53,753 nt of DNA from positions 1 through 53,753 of the forward strand of contig JALNLB010000006.1 of NCBI GenBank assembly GCA_023267885.1. The letters run 5' to 3'. Of this stretch, positions 27,037 to 36,521 are shown one piece after another. Numbering within the stretch: the first letter of the stretch is position 1; every line of letters starts with the position of its first letter. The notes beneath the pieces are model-generated. The model saw only the letters and a list, made by a program, of their open reading frames with translations. It did no database searches and had not been told where the DNA came from. Both the position numbers and the translations under genes were made by a program. This DNA is from Candidatus Terraquivivens ruidianensis. GTDB lineage: Archaea > Thermoproteota > Nitrososphaeria_A > Caldarchaeales > Wolframiiraptoraceae.

Positions 27037-27987
27037 CTACGTCCGAATTCTTCGTATAATGGCGCCGGAGTTGGATGCCTTCGTGACGAGCACGGTTCCT
27101 CTACCCGAGAGAACGTCCTTCAACGCAGACACGACCCTATCCGCCGTCTTCGCGGAATCGGTAAAGCCATAGGCCGTGGGGCCCCACGAGCTCTGGCCCG
27201 AGCCGGCCGCGCCGTTCTCCAACATCGTCTCAACGCAAATACGTGTTAACTCGTTGGAGAATACTCCCCCTTGAACGCTCGAGAAGTACATGCCGACCAA
27301 CCTCTGCACTTCGGTCAGGGCCTCGCCGAACTCCCATACGTCCTCCTCCAGAATACCTGGGAGGAGCCTCATAAGCACAAGCCTGGATACCCTATCCGCT
27401 ATCCACTCGGGTTGCCTTCCAAGGTTCTTGAACGCTGTTTCCTCCTCCGCTCCGCTCAGGCCCATGACGCCAGAAGGTATTGCCAGCACTATGGGCCATC
27501 TTTCCGGAAAGCTTATTCTCGTAATGATTGGTGGGGTCTGCCTCTTGTCAAGCTTTACCCCCCCGTCAAGAACAAAACCACCTTGCTTGAAGACCGCCGT
27601 TCCGATACCAGATATCGTGCCTCTTCCAAGCTTACTTGCCAACTCTTCGACCGAAATCTTAACGCCCAGAAGGCTTGCCAGCCCTGTTGCTATACCCAAC
27701 AACATCTGCGTTCCGGAGCCTAGGCCGACGTGCCTCGGTATCTTTTCTACGACTCTTACGATGAGTCCGTTACTCGTACCCAATACCGACATTGACTTCT
27801 CGGTAGCCTCCTTAACGAAGGCATCGTATGGCTCGACTATAACGTCCGAAGAACCGAGCTCGATAATCGCCTCGAAAGATGGTACTGAAATAGAAAGGCC
27901 CAGAGAGCCATAAAGCCTGCCAAGACTGCCACTAAGGTCTACGATGCCAAGGTGAAGCCTGGAAGGGGTTTTGACGTGCACCTTCAT
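27037..27987 (-). CDS. Beta-ribofuranosylaminobenzene 5-phosphate (RFAP) synthase, GHMP-kinase fold
   Basis: Start at ATG 27987 (MKVHVKTPSRLHLGIVDL). GHMP motif HVGLGSGTQ. The ORF-track extension to 28071 would overlap mptA. Confidence 0.75.
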   Translation of the reverse strand: MKVHVKTPSRLHLGIVDLSGSLGRLYGSLGLSISVPSFEAIIELGSSDVIVEPYDAFVKEATEKSMSVLGTSNGLIVRVVEKIPRHVGLGSGTQMLLGIATGLASLLGVKISVEELASKLGRGTISGIGTAVFKQGGFVLDGGVKLDKRQTPPIITRISFPERWPIVLAIPSGVMGLSGAEEETAFKNLGRQPEWIADRVSRLVLMRLLPGILEEDVWEFGEALTEVQRLVGMYFSSVQGGVFSNELTRICVETMLENGAAGSGQSSWGPTAYGFTDSAKTADRVVSALKDVLSGRGTVLVTKASNSGAIIRRIRT

Positions 27988-28041
27988 GCCGCGCTCACCG
28001 TTAAATCTAAGCAAGCTTTTAGCTAAGCGTTGAGTATAGGA

Positions 28042-28953
28042 ATGCCCATCCGAGATATAAAGGACGAGCATCCCGATGTAAGGCTACCTGTCCAAATGGT
28101 TGGGATAGATGGCGTAAGGATGCCCGTGGGTCAGGTTAAGCTGGGCGACATGAAGATAGTTATGGTAGCGAGGTTTGGTGCATTTATAGACCTTCCATCT
28201 GACCGTCGCGGGATACATGCATCTAGAAACTACGAACCCATAGCAGAGATGATAAGGGCGCATGAGGGCAAGGTTATCAGATTGGAAGATTTAACAACAG
28301 ACATAGCCGTTTCCCTCTTGGAAAAGCACGAATACTCTAGAAGCTCCTACGTGAAGGCAGATGCAACGGCGTTTTACGAAACTAAGACACCGTCGGGGCG
28401 TAATTCTCATGAGACATTTACCGTGCACGCCAAGAGCCATGCTAGAAGGGAAGGTAGGACTTTCTTAATAAAGAAGATGGTTGGCGTTACGGTTACTGGT
28501 ATGACGGCTTGTCCCTGTGCACTCGATACCATCAAAGAAATGTGTAGGAAGAGTTTTGCAAATCTCGATGAAGGAAGTTTCGAGCAGATAATCGGAAGAC
28601 TACCATTAGCAACTCATACGCAAAGATGTAGGTGCACGCTATTCGTGGACGTGTCAGACAACAACGTTGACGTCATGGAGCTCGTTAAGATAGTCAACGA
28701 ATCCATGAGTTCCACAACTTACGAGTTGCTCAAGAGAGAGGAGGAGGCCAAGGTGGTGATGGGCGCCGTCGAGAAGGCGAGGTTTATTGAAGACGTGGCA
28801 AGATACATAGCAAAGGCAGCATCGGAGTTAAAGATTGGGGATGGATGTAGAATCTTTGTGAGGGTAAAGAGTATGGAGAGCGTCCATGGACATGACATGA
28901 TGGCCTTCATCAAGACAACTGCTGGAGAAATTAGGAGGACACTTGCTCCTTAA
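28042..28953 (+). CDS. mptA: GTP cyclohydrolase MptA (FolE2 / type IV family)
   Basis: Blocks DRRGIHASRNYE and VTGMTACPCA. The start is either TTG 28030 or ATG 28042. Confidence 0.75.
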   Translation: MPIRDIKDEHPDVRLPVQMVGIDGVRMPVGQVKLGDMKIVMVARFGAFIDLPSDRRGIHASRNYEPIAEMIRAHEGKVIRLEDLTTDIAVSLLEKHEYSRSSYVKADATAFYETKTPSGRNSHETFTVHAKSHARREGRTFLIKKMVGVTVTGMTACPCALDTIKEMCRKSFANLDEGSFEQIIGRLPLATHTQRCRCTLFVDVSDNNVDVMELVKIVNESMSSTTYELLKREEEAKVVMGAVEKARFIEDVARYIAKAASELKIGDGCRIFVRVKSMESVHGHDMMAFIKTTAGEIRRTLAP

Positions 28954-28987
28954 GAGGATAAATAGTTGAAAGGGCTCATTAAGTTTT

Positions 28988-29794
28988 GTGAGAAAGCTCC
29001 ACAACCATTGGATAACTTTGGACGAGTGGTTAGAGTGGTATCGTAGCATCGTCGAGGAATGTCGGCTTGATACGCTCGCAGACTTAGAGGCCGCTAGCCT
29101 TCTCGATTCCATGGTCAAAGGAAGGGCTCTGGAGTTTACGCAGGTTGAACCTATGCTTTCTGGTAAGTTTTCCCTCGTGTTCGGTGCTGGCCCCTCTCTC
29201 GAGGCCGACGTTAAAAAGTTCGTCGAGTTTCCCCAAAAAGATGCGTTTACCGTCTTGGCTGCCGATGGTGCTACGACGGCGCTGCTTAAGCACGAAATAC
29301 TTCCAGACATCGTTGTTACGGATTTGGACGGTTCTATCGAGGACCTGCTGAAGGCTTACGCGCAGGGCTCAATGCTTGTGGTTCATGCACACGGTGATAA
29401 CATGCATCAACTCAAAAGCTTTTTACCCTTAGTAGAAGGCAGGGTTTTACCGACAACCCAGACCATACCTTTCGGCTGTCTATATAACTTCGGAGGCTTT
29501 ACGGACGGTGACAGGGCGGCCTTCCTGTGCTCCTCAGTTGACGTCAAGGCCATCGTCTTGGCAGGGATGGACTTAGGAGACGAGATAGGTCCGTACTCAA
29601 AGCCCCTTAGCACCCTAACGCCCGAACGTCTGATGATAAAGAGAAAGAAGCTAATGATAGCGAGGATGCTACTCGAATGGTTAGCTACGAAGGCAAGTGT
29701 GCCTATGTATAACTTGACCTACCACGGTGTGGAGCTACAGGGGATAAGAAGGCTGAAATCCCTTGGTGAACTTCCGTTGCATAAGCTGAGTTAA
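28988..29794 (+). CDS. mptE: 6-hydroxymethyl-7,8-dihydropterin diphosphokinase, MptE (DUF115) type
   Basis: 268 aa. VFGAGPSLE, LAADGATTALL, PDIVVTDLDG and VHAHGDN. GTG start. Confidence 0.7.
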   Translation: MRKLHNHWITLDEWLEWYRSIVEECRLDTLADLEAASLLDSMVKGRALEFTQVEPMLSGKFSLVFGAGPSLEADVKKFVEFPQKDAFTVLAADGATTALLKHEILPDIVVTDLDGSIEDLLKAYAQGSMLVVHAHGDNMHQLKSFLPLVEGRVLPTTQTIPFGCLYNFGGFTDGDRAAFLCSSVDVKAIVLAGMDLGDEIGPYSKPLSTLTPERLMIKRKKLMIARMLLEWLATKASVPMYNLTYHGVELQGIRRLKSLGELPLHKLS

Positions 29795-29846
29795 ACCGAC
29801 CTAAAGGTATTTTTAGGACTTCACCAGCCATCTACCCGAAAAGAGC

Positions 29847-30290
29847 ATGGCTAGGATGCATTCGAGGAGACGTGGGAAGTCAAGGTCAGTGAGGCCTATC
29901 AGTAAGCTTCCCCCTGCTTGGGTGAAGATTACGCCCGAGGAGGTCGAAAGCCTAGTCGTGGAGTACTACAAGCAGGGTTACAAGCCCAGCATGATAGGCA
30001 CTATACTAAGAGACAGCCACGGCGTACCGCTCGTCAAGCAGATAACTGGGAAGGGCATCAAGCAGATACTCAAGGAGAACGGTCTCTACACTGATATACC
30101 TGAGGATTTAGGGAACCTTCTGGCTAAGGTGATAAAGATGAAGAAGCATCTCGAGAAGTTCAAGTCGGATAAGGCGAATGTTCACAGAATCCAACTAATC
30201 GAGTCTAAGGTAAGGAGGCTAGTCAAGTATTATAAGAGGGTAGGAGAGTTGCCTCCGGAATGGGTGCCTCCGATAGGGGAGGTAGCCTAG
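29847..30290 (+). CDS. rps15: 30S ribosomal protein S15 (uS15 / S13e)
   Basis: 147 aa. The MARMHSRRRGKSRSVRP start and the C-terminal S15 fold block RLVKYYKR. Confidence 0.95.
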   Translation: MARMHSRRRGKSRSVRPISKLPPAWVKITPEEVESLVVEYYKQGYKPSMIGTILRDSHGVPLVKQITGKGIKQILKENGLYTDIPEDLGNLLAKVIKMKKHLEKFKSDKANVHRIQLIESKVRRLVKYYKRVGELPPEWVPPIGEVA

Positions 30291-30296
30291 AATAAA

Positions 30297-31730
30297 ATGA
30301 ACGATGCATACGAGCAACTGCTATCTTCGGCTGCGAACGCGGCCGAGGCGATAGGAGAATGCATCAAGCAAGACAACCTTCTGTTGCTGGTTTGCCACAA
30401 CGACGCGGACGCTCTGTCAGCCTGCGGCATAATGGTAGGCTCGCTGTGGAGGAACGATGCAAGGTTTCTAGCAAGGTCTGTCAGCAGGATTGACGATTTT
30501 TTTCAGCAGGCGGACGAGGGGTTAGCGAGTGCCGATTGCATAGTGTTTCTTGACATAGGAAGCGGTTACGTAAGGGAAATATACAACAAATTTGGTGAAA
30601 GGAAAGTCATCATCGTTGACCACCACCAGCCGCAGAGCTTCGACGTCCCGAAGGGTTACGTCCACCTAAACCCTCACTTTCAAAGCTTGGAGGGCGCGAC
30701 CCAACTAAGTACCTCAGGCTTGGCGTACTTAGTCTCAAAGGCGCTTAGCGAAGAGAATTACGTTTATTCTCCAGTTGCCGTGGTAGGCGCCCTCGGCGAC
30801 TTGCAAGATAAGGATGGCCAGAGGAGGCTGAGGGGCATAAATGCAAGGATAGTCGAGGAGGCCGTCGAGAAGGGCCTTATGTATGCTACGGAAGACCTGC
30901 TACTATTCGGCAGGAGCTTCAGGCCAATCCACGTGGCTCTCGCCAACACATCAAGTCCGTTCTTGCCTGGGCTAACGGGCAGGGAGGATGTATGCTACAG
31001 CTTGGTCACGTCGCTGGGCATAAAAGTCAAAGAAGGCGATACGTGGCGGGTACTCGCTGACCTGACAGAGGAGGAAAAGTCGAAGCTTTATAACGCCATA
31101 ATATCGTTCCTTGCCTCGAAGGGACTGCCGGCGAGCAGTATCGCGAAGGAGCTGATCGGAACGGTCTACGAGCTGGCGGAGGAAGACAGGTGGACTTACC
31201 TAAGGGATGCTAGAGAGTTTGCGTGGCTCTTGAATGCCTGCGGGAAGACTGGTAACGCTTGGATAGGAATAGCGATAGCCGCGGGTGTTAGGGGAGGCTT
31301 GCTAGAGGAAGCGCAGAAGCTCCTCGAGGACTACAGAATCCAGATGGCGAAAAACATGGAGCTCCTCACTAAGCCGGATACTGTCACGAACATGGAGCAT
31401 ATCGTTGTCATCAACGGCGGGGACTTGATAGATGAGAAGCAAGTTAGCTCTCTGGCATCGCTTATCTCGTCCTCGGGCATGATACCACAGGATAAAGTTC
31501 TGATAGCTTGGGCAAGATATGGGAATAGGGTCAAGATATCCGCCAGGGCTAACAGGTCGCAGGTTGAAAAGGGAATCAACTTGGGAAGCATTCTTTCAGA
31601 CATAGCCAACGCCGTGGGTGGCAGGGGCGGAGGCCACAACGTGGCCGCGGGAGCCGACGTGCCAGCAGATATGCTCGAGCAATTCCTAAAGGAAGTGGAC
31701 AAAAAGGTTGGTTCCCAGCTTGGAACGTGA
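30297..31730 (+). CDS. RecJ-like DHH phosphoesterase (archaeal GAN/Cdc45-related)
   Basis: DHH motifs LLLVCHNDADALSACG, FLDIGSG and IIVDHHQP, plus DHHA1-like GGRGGGHNVAAGA. The position next to rps15 is a known archaeal linkage. Confidence 0.8.
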   Translation: MNDAYEQLLSSAANAAEAIGECIKQDNLLLLVCHNDADALSACGIMVGSLWRNDARFLARSVSRIDDFFQQADEGLASADCIVFLDIGSGYVREIYNKFGERKVIIVDHHQPQSFDVPKGYVHLNPHFQSLEGATQLSTSGLAYLVSKALSEENYVYSPVAVVGALGDLQDKDGQRRLRGINARIVEEAVEKGLMYATEDLLLFGRSFRPIHVALANTSSPFLPGLTGREDVCYSLVTSLGIKVKEGDTWRVLADLTEEEKSKLYNAIISFLASKGLPASSIAKELIGTVYELAEEDRWTYLRDAREFAWLLNACGKTGNAWIGIAIAAGVRGGLLEEAQKLLEDYRIQMAKNMELLTKPDTVTNMEHIVVINGGDLIDEKQVSSLASLISSSGMIPQDKVLIAWARYGNRVKISARANRSQVEKGINLGSILSDIANAVGGRGGGHNVAAGADVPADMLEQFLKEVDKKVGSQLGT

Positions 31731-31980
31731 ACCCATCAAAGCGACGCTGGAGATAACCTATGATTCTGAGAGAGAGGCAAGGCTCGTCGCCTCCGCATTA
31801 TCGCCCGATAACCTACCGCTCCCTGAAGGACTGAGGCTCTCGATGTATGTGGAAGAGCGCAGGCTCGTTTCAGAGATTGAATGCACGAGGCCCATCTCCT
31901 CGATTCTGAACACGCTTGACGATATCCTATGTATGGTGTCCCTTATAAATAAGGTTCTTTCTGAAATAAAACGATTGTAA
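31708..31980 (+). CDS. pcc1: KEOPS complex subunit Pcc1
   Basis: 90 aa. ATLEITYDSEREARLVASALSPDN is a Pcc1-like pattern. The TTG start overlaps the recJ-like stop by 23 nt. Confidence 0.65.
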   Translation: MVPSLEREPIKATLEITYDSEREARLVASALSPDNLPLPEGLRLSMYVEERRLVSEIECTRPISSILNTLDDILCMVSLINKVLSEIKRL

Positions 31981-32049
31981 AAAGTAAAGATTAATAAGCA
32001 AACTTTTCAGAAACAACGGAGCAGAGCGTGCATTCAGAGGAGAGTCTAA

Positions 32050-32664
32050 GTGTCCAAGAAGACAGAGGAAAAGGTCAAACATCCGGTAACGGTGTATGCG
32101 CCGCCGTACTTTGGAGGGCGAGAGATAGGCACGGTACTCGCATCTGAGCCTAGCCGAGCAATCGGCAGGGTAATAAGGACTGACCTGTATCAGCTTACGG
32201 GCGACCCATCCAAGCACTACTTGTTGATATATTTCAAGATAGTGAATGTCGAAGACTCTTCTGCCTCGACGATATTTTATGGCCACGAATACGGAAGGGA
32301 ATTCTTAAGGAGCTTAGTCAGGAGGGGCAGTACCAAGATAGATGGCATATTCGACGTTACTACGAAGGACGGTTTCCATCTGAGGCTGACTATCACAGCG
32401 TTCGCAGTAAGCAGGATAAGGTGGGGTAAAGAGAAGGCTATAAGGCATATCATGAAGGAGATAGTAACGAAAACAGGAGAGAGCTTAACGTTAGAACAGT
32501 TTTCACAGGAGATGGTTTTGGGGAAGTCGGCATCGGATATATTCAACTCGGCGAAGAAGATCGCGCTCTTGAGACATGTCGGCGTTGTCAAGTCTAAGGT
32601 CCTCAAGATTCCAGAGTGGGTCTACTCCAGACAAAGAATGGAGGAGCTGACGCAGGGAACGTAA
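32050..32664 (+). CDS. rps3ae: 30S ribosomal protein S3Ae (eS1)
   Basis: 204 aa. The block pattern (YAPPYFGGREIG, LLIYFKIVNV, GHEYGREFLRSLVRRG) matches S3Ae. GTG start. Confidence 0.9.
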   Translation: MSKKTEEKVKHPVTVYAPPYFGGREIGTVLASEPSRAIGRVIRTDLYQLTGDPSKHYLLIYFKIVNVEDSSASTIFYGHEYGREFLRSLVRRGSTKIDGIFDVTTKDGFHLRLTITAFAVSRIRWGKEKAIRHIMKEIVTKTGESLTLEQFSQEMVLGKSASDIFNSAKKIALLRHVGVVKSKVLKIPEWVYSRQRMEELTQGT

Positions 32665-32764
32665 AGAGCAACTTCCTAGTAAAAACATAAATTTAATGGC
32701 GAATTCTTTTTCTTGAACACACACCTTGAGTAGGAGACCTTTAGATAGGAAGGAAGGTAGGTTG

Positions 32765-33370
32765 ATGGTGGCGAGGCAGGCAGCCATCTTGCTATACGGA
32801 GGTTTTGCATCAGAGTATAAGGAGGCGAAGGATATCGCTGCTGAGAACCTTGGGATAAAGGTCATGCCTAGCAACTACGAGGTTGCGATGGAGTTGAGAA
32901 AGTATGCTGAAGAGATCGAGGGAACAGCGTTCGCAGAAAGGCTTAAGTCAATGAGGGAGGATGCCTTGGAGGTTATGAAGGCTCTGTCGGAATTCACGCC
33001 CAGACTTGTAGGTAGCGTTTGGCGGGGTGTGCTTACACCAAGGAGCGACATTGATATAGAGGTTTACACAGAAAATATAAACGCTGTCCTCTTAAGGTTA
33101 GAGAGCGTCGTAAGTAAAATATCGAGGTGGGAAGAGGTAAACCTTCCTGAACAGATGAAGCTCGGGTCGCTTTATAGGATTAGGGCAAAGTCGAAAAGGG
33201 GTTACGACCTAGAGATAATAGTGAAGGAATCGGGAACACTTAAAAAGCCCACTAGATGCGAGATATTTGGAGACCTAAAGAAGGGTCTAAGCATTGATGA
33301 GCTAGAGGAACTGCTTTCGAGAGACTCAGCAGAGCTTAGGGTTCCAAAGAGCAGGGTGAGGATAGAATAA
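32765..33370 (+). CDS. Pol-beta-superfamily nucleotidyltransferase domain protein
   Basis: Start at ATG 32765. NTase motif GSVWRGVLTPRSDIDIEVY (G-S ... D-x-D). Confidence 0.65.
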   Translation: MVARQAAILLYGGFASEYKEAKDIAAENLGIKVMPSNYEVAMELRKYAEEIEGTAFAERLKSMREDALEVMKALSEFTPRLVGSVWRGVLTPRSDIDIEVYTENINAVLLRLESVVSKISRWEEVNLPEQMKLGSLYRIRAKSKRGYDLEIIVKESGTLKKPTRCEIFGDLKKGLSIDELEELLSRDSAELRVPKSRVRIE

Positions 33371-33711
33371 TGAGCGAGTTCGAAGACGAGGAGTTTAGGA
33401 AGAGGTTCCCGAACCTTTACAGGGAAATAGTTCAGAAGAAGATGAGCATCAGGATAGATGCCCAGAGGGACTCGGAGGAGAGGGCTGAGGAGGCAATGAA
33501 TGTGTTGCGCGGCGGCCTTCCGGGGCCTGTTGACTACATAAGGAGGTGCGACACCGACGAGGAGGCCATAAAGCTTGTTGACTACTTGGAGTCAAGAGGA
33601 GAGGTTACGAAGGAGGAGGCGGAGAGACTAAAGAGGCAGATAAATGAAATGGGCGTCAGGAGCTTCGGCTCCAAGAAGGAGCTGGGCTACTATTCGAAGT
33701 TCATCCCCTAG
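33370..33711 (+). CDS. Small, highly charged helical protein of unknown function, translationally coupled to the NTase
   Basis: 113 aa, E/R/K-rich, with no His residue. Its ATG shares one base with the upstream TAA (TAATG). Confidence 0.55.
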   Translation: MSEFEDEEFRKRFPNLYREIVQKKMSIRIDAQRDSEERAEEAMNVLRGGLPGPVDYIRRCDTDEEAIKLVDYLESRGEVTKEEAERLKRQINEMGVRSFGSKKELGYYSKFIP

Positions 33712-34925
33712 CCACGCCTCATCGTGGATACAATTGAGATAACATCCATGCTCTTAAGCTGATGTTTTTCTCCGAGCCTCATCTTCGTCCTTACATCTAT
33801 CGCGTAGAGGAATCCTTTACCGAGCTCGCTGTGAATCTTGTAAGCGAGGTCTCTTGCAGTCGAGCCCCTCGGGAGAAGGTAGACGTCTGGTAGCACGTTT
33901 CCATGCTTGTCAGAAAGTTTGTCAGCATCCTCAACTGGATAAACCGGTATATAGCCGAGGATTTCAAGGTAAGCTACGTTGATGAGCTGCTGGACGCCCG
34001 TGCTTCCCCATCGTGCCAGGACACGATTTTCTATCATCTCGAGTGTCTTCTTCTGCTGCGGCGTCAACTTTGAACCGTCTAGGATTTCGAAGAATGGGTC
34101 ACCAGGAGTATACCGTACGAGGCCTTTCTCTGCGGCCATCCTGAGTATCCTTTCCGCCTCTGCGCTACAGGGCATAACATTATAACCGGCAGACTTCAAC
34201 CTCTCGACTCCTTTCTCAGACCCCTCCACGTCAACTTTGTTCGCCGCTACGAGTATGGGTTTTGAGAGTGCTCGTAATTCCATCGCTAAGCTAAGCATTT
34301 CACGCTTGCCGAACTTAGATGGTGTGTTGGGATTAAGCCCTAAAGATTGCATGGACTGTTCGATATGGCTGGGAGCAATACCCAACCCCGAGAGCTTGCT
34401 GGACAACTCGTCAATCAACTTCGATTGTCTGTTCTCAACAGCCCTGCATATCCTTCCCCAGTCTTTCTCGATTATCCCAGCAATCCAGAAAGCAAGCTCT
34501 TCCTCAACGATTTTCACGTCCTCGACAGGGTCGTGCGTTCCAGGCTCGACAGGCCTGCCATCTACATCTGTTGCGCCAGCCGCATCGCACACGACTATAA
34601 GGGCACTTGCCTGCCTTATCTCATCCAAGAATTGCAGACCCAACCCTCTGCCAGCATGAGCGTCCTTTACTATTCCCGGGCAGTCTATTACCTGAATGGG
34701 CACGAGCCTTATGCCGTTGATGCATAGTGAGTTCTTGGGGTTGTCCTTTACGCCGAACTCCTTACAAACACATTCTATCCTGAGATGGGTTATGCCAACG
34801 TTTGGTTTAATTGTCGTGAATGGGTAGTTAGCTATCTGCACTGGCACGAGGGTCATGGCAGAGAAGAGAGTACTCTTTCCTGTGTTTGCCTTTCCAACAA
34901 TGCCCGTTATCTCCAAACTCTGCAC
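33708..34925 (-). CDS. OBG-HflX-like GTPase/ATPase (YchF/Ola1- or DRG-like) with a C-terminal TGS domain
   Basis: G1 GIVGKANTGKST, G3 DCPGIV, G4 NKVD. TGS-like C-terminus LLPRGSTARDLAYKIHSELGKGF. Confidence 0.8.
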   Translation of the reverse strand: MQSLEITGIVGKANTGKSTLFSAMTLVPVQIANYPFTTIKPNVGITHLRIECVCKEFGVKDNPKNSLCINGIRLVPIQVIDCPGIVKDAHAGRGLGLQFLDEIRQASALIVVCDAAGATDVDGRPVEPGTHDPVEDVKIVEEELAFWIAGIIEKDWGRICRAVENRQSKLIDELSSKLSGLGIAPSHIEQSMQSLGLNPNTPSKFGKREMLSLAMELRALSKPILVAANKVDVEGSEKGVERLKSAGYNVMPCSAEAERILRMAAEKGLVRYTPGDPFFEILDGSKLTPQQKKTLEMIENRVLARWGSTGVQQLINVAYLEILGYIPVYPVEDADKLSDKHGNVLPDVYLLPRGSTARDLAYKIHSELGKGFLYAIDVRTKMRLGEKHQLKSMDVISIVSTMRRG

Positions 34926-34979
34926 CCTTTCAAAATCGAATACGTCTGACTATCAGCGTTGTCCTTTTAAAGCATTATG

Positions 34980-35648
34980 TTAGAGCCCAAGAGCGGTGGA
35001 TATTATCATAAGCTCTGGGCCTGTGGTCCTCGAGCCTATGACAGCACCCAACGACGTCGCTATTATGCCGCTCCTAACAAACGGCACACCATCGTTTATG
35101 GTGCATAATTTGCATGGAACTTTCAGCACGTCTATTATAAGCTTCTCGTCTTCCTCGGTGCTTTCTACATGAGTTATCGCGCCGACGTTCGTGGCTACAG
35201 CTATCGAGCCAACGTATGGTCTTCCTGCAAGCCTTGCTTGCACGACTTCCACGTCCAGTACATCCCTAATCTTTGCAACCTCTTCCTTCGTGAACTCTGG
35301 GCTTAGGATGGCGCCCTTGTCATTTGTCAGTATAAGGTTTCCGACGGCGGTCAACTTACTTTTCAGCACCTCTACTCTTACGTTGTCCAATTCTCTCCTG
35401 ATCATGTCCACCTCTTCCTCGAGGGCTATGGGTGAGACAACTATGCCGTTAGAGTTGCCAGCAAGAAGGGAGCCTATCAAGTAGGTGCCTCCTATCGTAG
35501 CAGAAATGGCCCTCACATTTAAAGCCCTCGATATGTTCGCTACTTTCTTCTTCGTTAATCGGATAGGGACTATTGCATACTTATCAGAAGCAAACGAGAG
35601 GACGCCGACCTCTGCCGTCCCAAAGAAATCTTCTAAGATTACAGCCAT
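34980..35648 (-). CDS. eif6: Translation initiation factor 6 (aIF6)
   Basis: 222 aa with a five-fold pseudo-repeat pattern (GNLILTNDKGAILSP, VGSIAVATNVGAI). It sits next to L31e/L39e, as in many archaea. Confidence 0.9.
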   Translation of the reverse strand: MAVILEDFFGTAEVGVLSFASDKYAIVPIRLTKKKVANISRALNVRAISATIGGTYLIGSLLAGNSNGIVVSPIALEEEVDMIRRELDNVRVEVLKSKLTAVGNLILTNDKGAILSPEFTKEEVAKIRDVLDVEVVQARLAGRPYVGSIAVATNVGAITHVESTEEDEKLIIDVLKVPCKLCTINDGVPFVRSGIIATSLGAVIGSRTTGPELMIISTALGL

Positions 35649-35655
35649 TTTTACC

Positions 35656-35931
35656 TCATTCCATTTTCTCTTCCTTCGGCAGAGATACCGTCACGACACC
35701 CTCCTCATCCTTTTCCATGAGGACCCTTATCCTCCTTGGAGGCTTTTGTATACTTCTCTCCCATACGAGTTCATTTACCTCTTCCAGAATCTTCACCTTG
35801 TCTGACTTCATGTGCCTCATCGCAAACTTCTTGAGCAAGTTTATTGCTCTCTCAACCCTCCTTTTCCTAGAAGTTTTCCATGCATCCTTCAACGGTACTG
35901 TGTATGTCCTCGAGACAACGGCCTTGGCCAT
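35656..35931 (-). CDS. rpl31e: 50S ribosomal protein L31e
   Basis: 91 aa. YTVPLKDAW ... RRVERAINLLKKF. Confidence 0.9.
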   Translation of the reverse strand: MAKAVVSRTYTVPLKDAWKTSRKRRVERAINLLKKFAMRHMKSDKVKILEEVNELVWERSIQKPPRRIRVLMEKDEEGVVTVSLPKEEKME

Positions 35932-36005
35932 AATAGGACACCATTTTCTGCTATAGAAGGGTCTGAAAAACGCTTGTATTTAGGCTTAAAAGGTTGACGA
36001 CGTGC

Positions 36006-36155
36006 TTATGGTTTTATCCTCGAAGTCCTCCAGTGCCTTCTTCCAGCATGCGTCCTGACTTTGCGGGCCGTCCTTATGATGACCCATGAAGGTACTGGCC
36101 AGCTCTTCTTCCTAGCCCTTGCCAACCTCTTTTTTAACGGTAAGCTCCTCGCCAT
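36006..36155 (-). CDS. rpl39e: 50S ribosomal protein L39e (49 aa, below the ORF-track cut-off)
   Basis: My reverse-complement translation gives [49 protein letters not shown]. This matches the L39e consensus (PxWV...T.R.VRTH..RRHWRR). Confidence 0.85.
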   Translation of the reverse strand: MARSLPLKKRLARARKKSWPVPSWVIIRTARKVRTHAGRRHWRTSRIKP

Positions 36156-36200
36156 GTCGAGCCAACTCTCAAGCAACCTTCCGTTATTTGTGCGTTGTGT

Positions 36201-36521
36201 TCATATCCTCTCTATCCTTGTTTCCTTCTTCTTTGGTAATATCTTCTCCAATATCGCCTTTATATCATCGTCCGTTATGGGCGTTCTTACCCTTCCTTCG
36301 TTTACCAGCCTTATCAGTAGTTCTTCTACAGTACTAACTACCTCTGGCCTCACGAGCTTAAGGTTAGCCAGCCTCTGGCGCGCCTCCGGTGTCAATATTA
36401 ACCTCATGGCTGCTGCCCTCTCAGCCTCCCTCTGCTTTCTCGCCTCCTCTTCCGCTATCCTCGCCCGAAGCTCCGCCATCTTCTGTTGCCTGATTCGCTC
36501 GAGCTCATCGTCGTATGACAT
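36201..36521 (-). CDS. PDCD5/TFAR19-like dsDNA-binding protein
   Basis: 106 aa. QQKMAELR ... AAMRLILTPEARQRLANLKLVRPE. Confidence 0.8.
   Translation of the reverse strand: MSYDDELERIRQQKMAELRARIAEEEARKQREAERAAAMRLILTPEARQRLANLKLVRPEVVSTVEELLIRLVNEGRVRTPITDDDIKAILEKILPKKKETRIERI

Noticed and set aside
31927-32874. Minus-strand ORFs 31927..32286, 32277..32606 and 32503..32874 across the pcc1 / rps3ae / NTase region.
   Set aside because: They are antisense to well-supported plus-strand genes and show no recognisable motifs.
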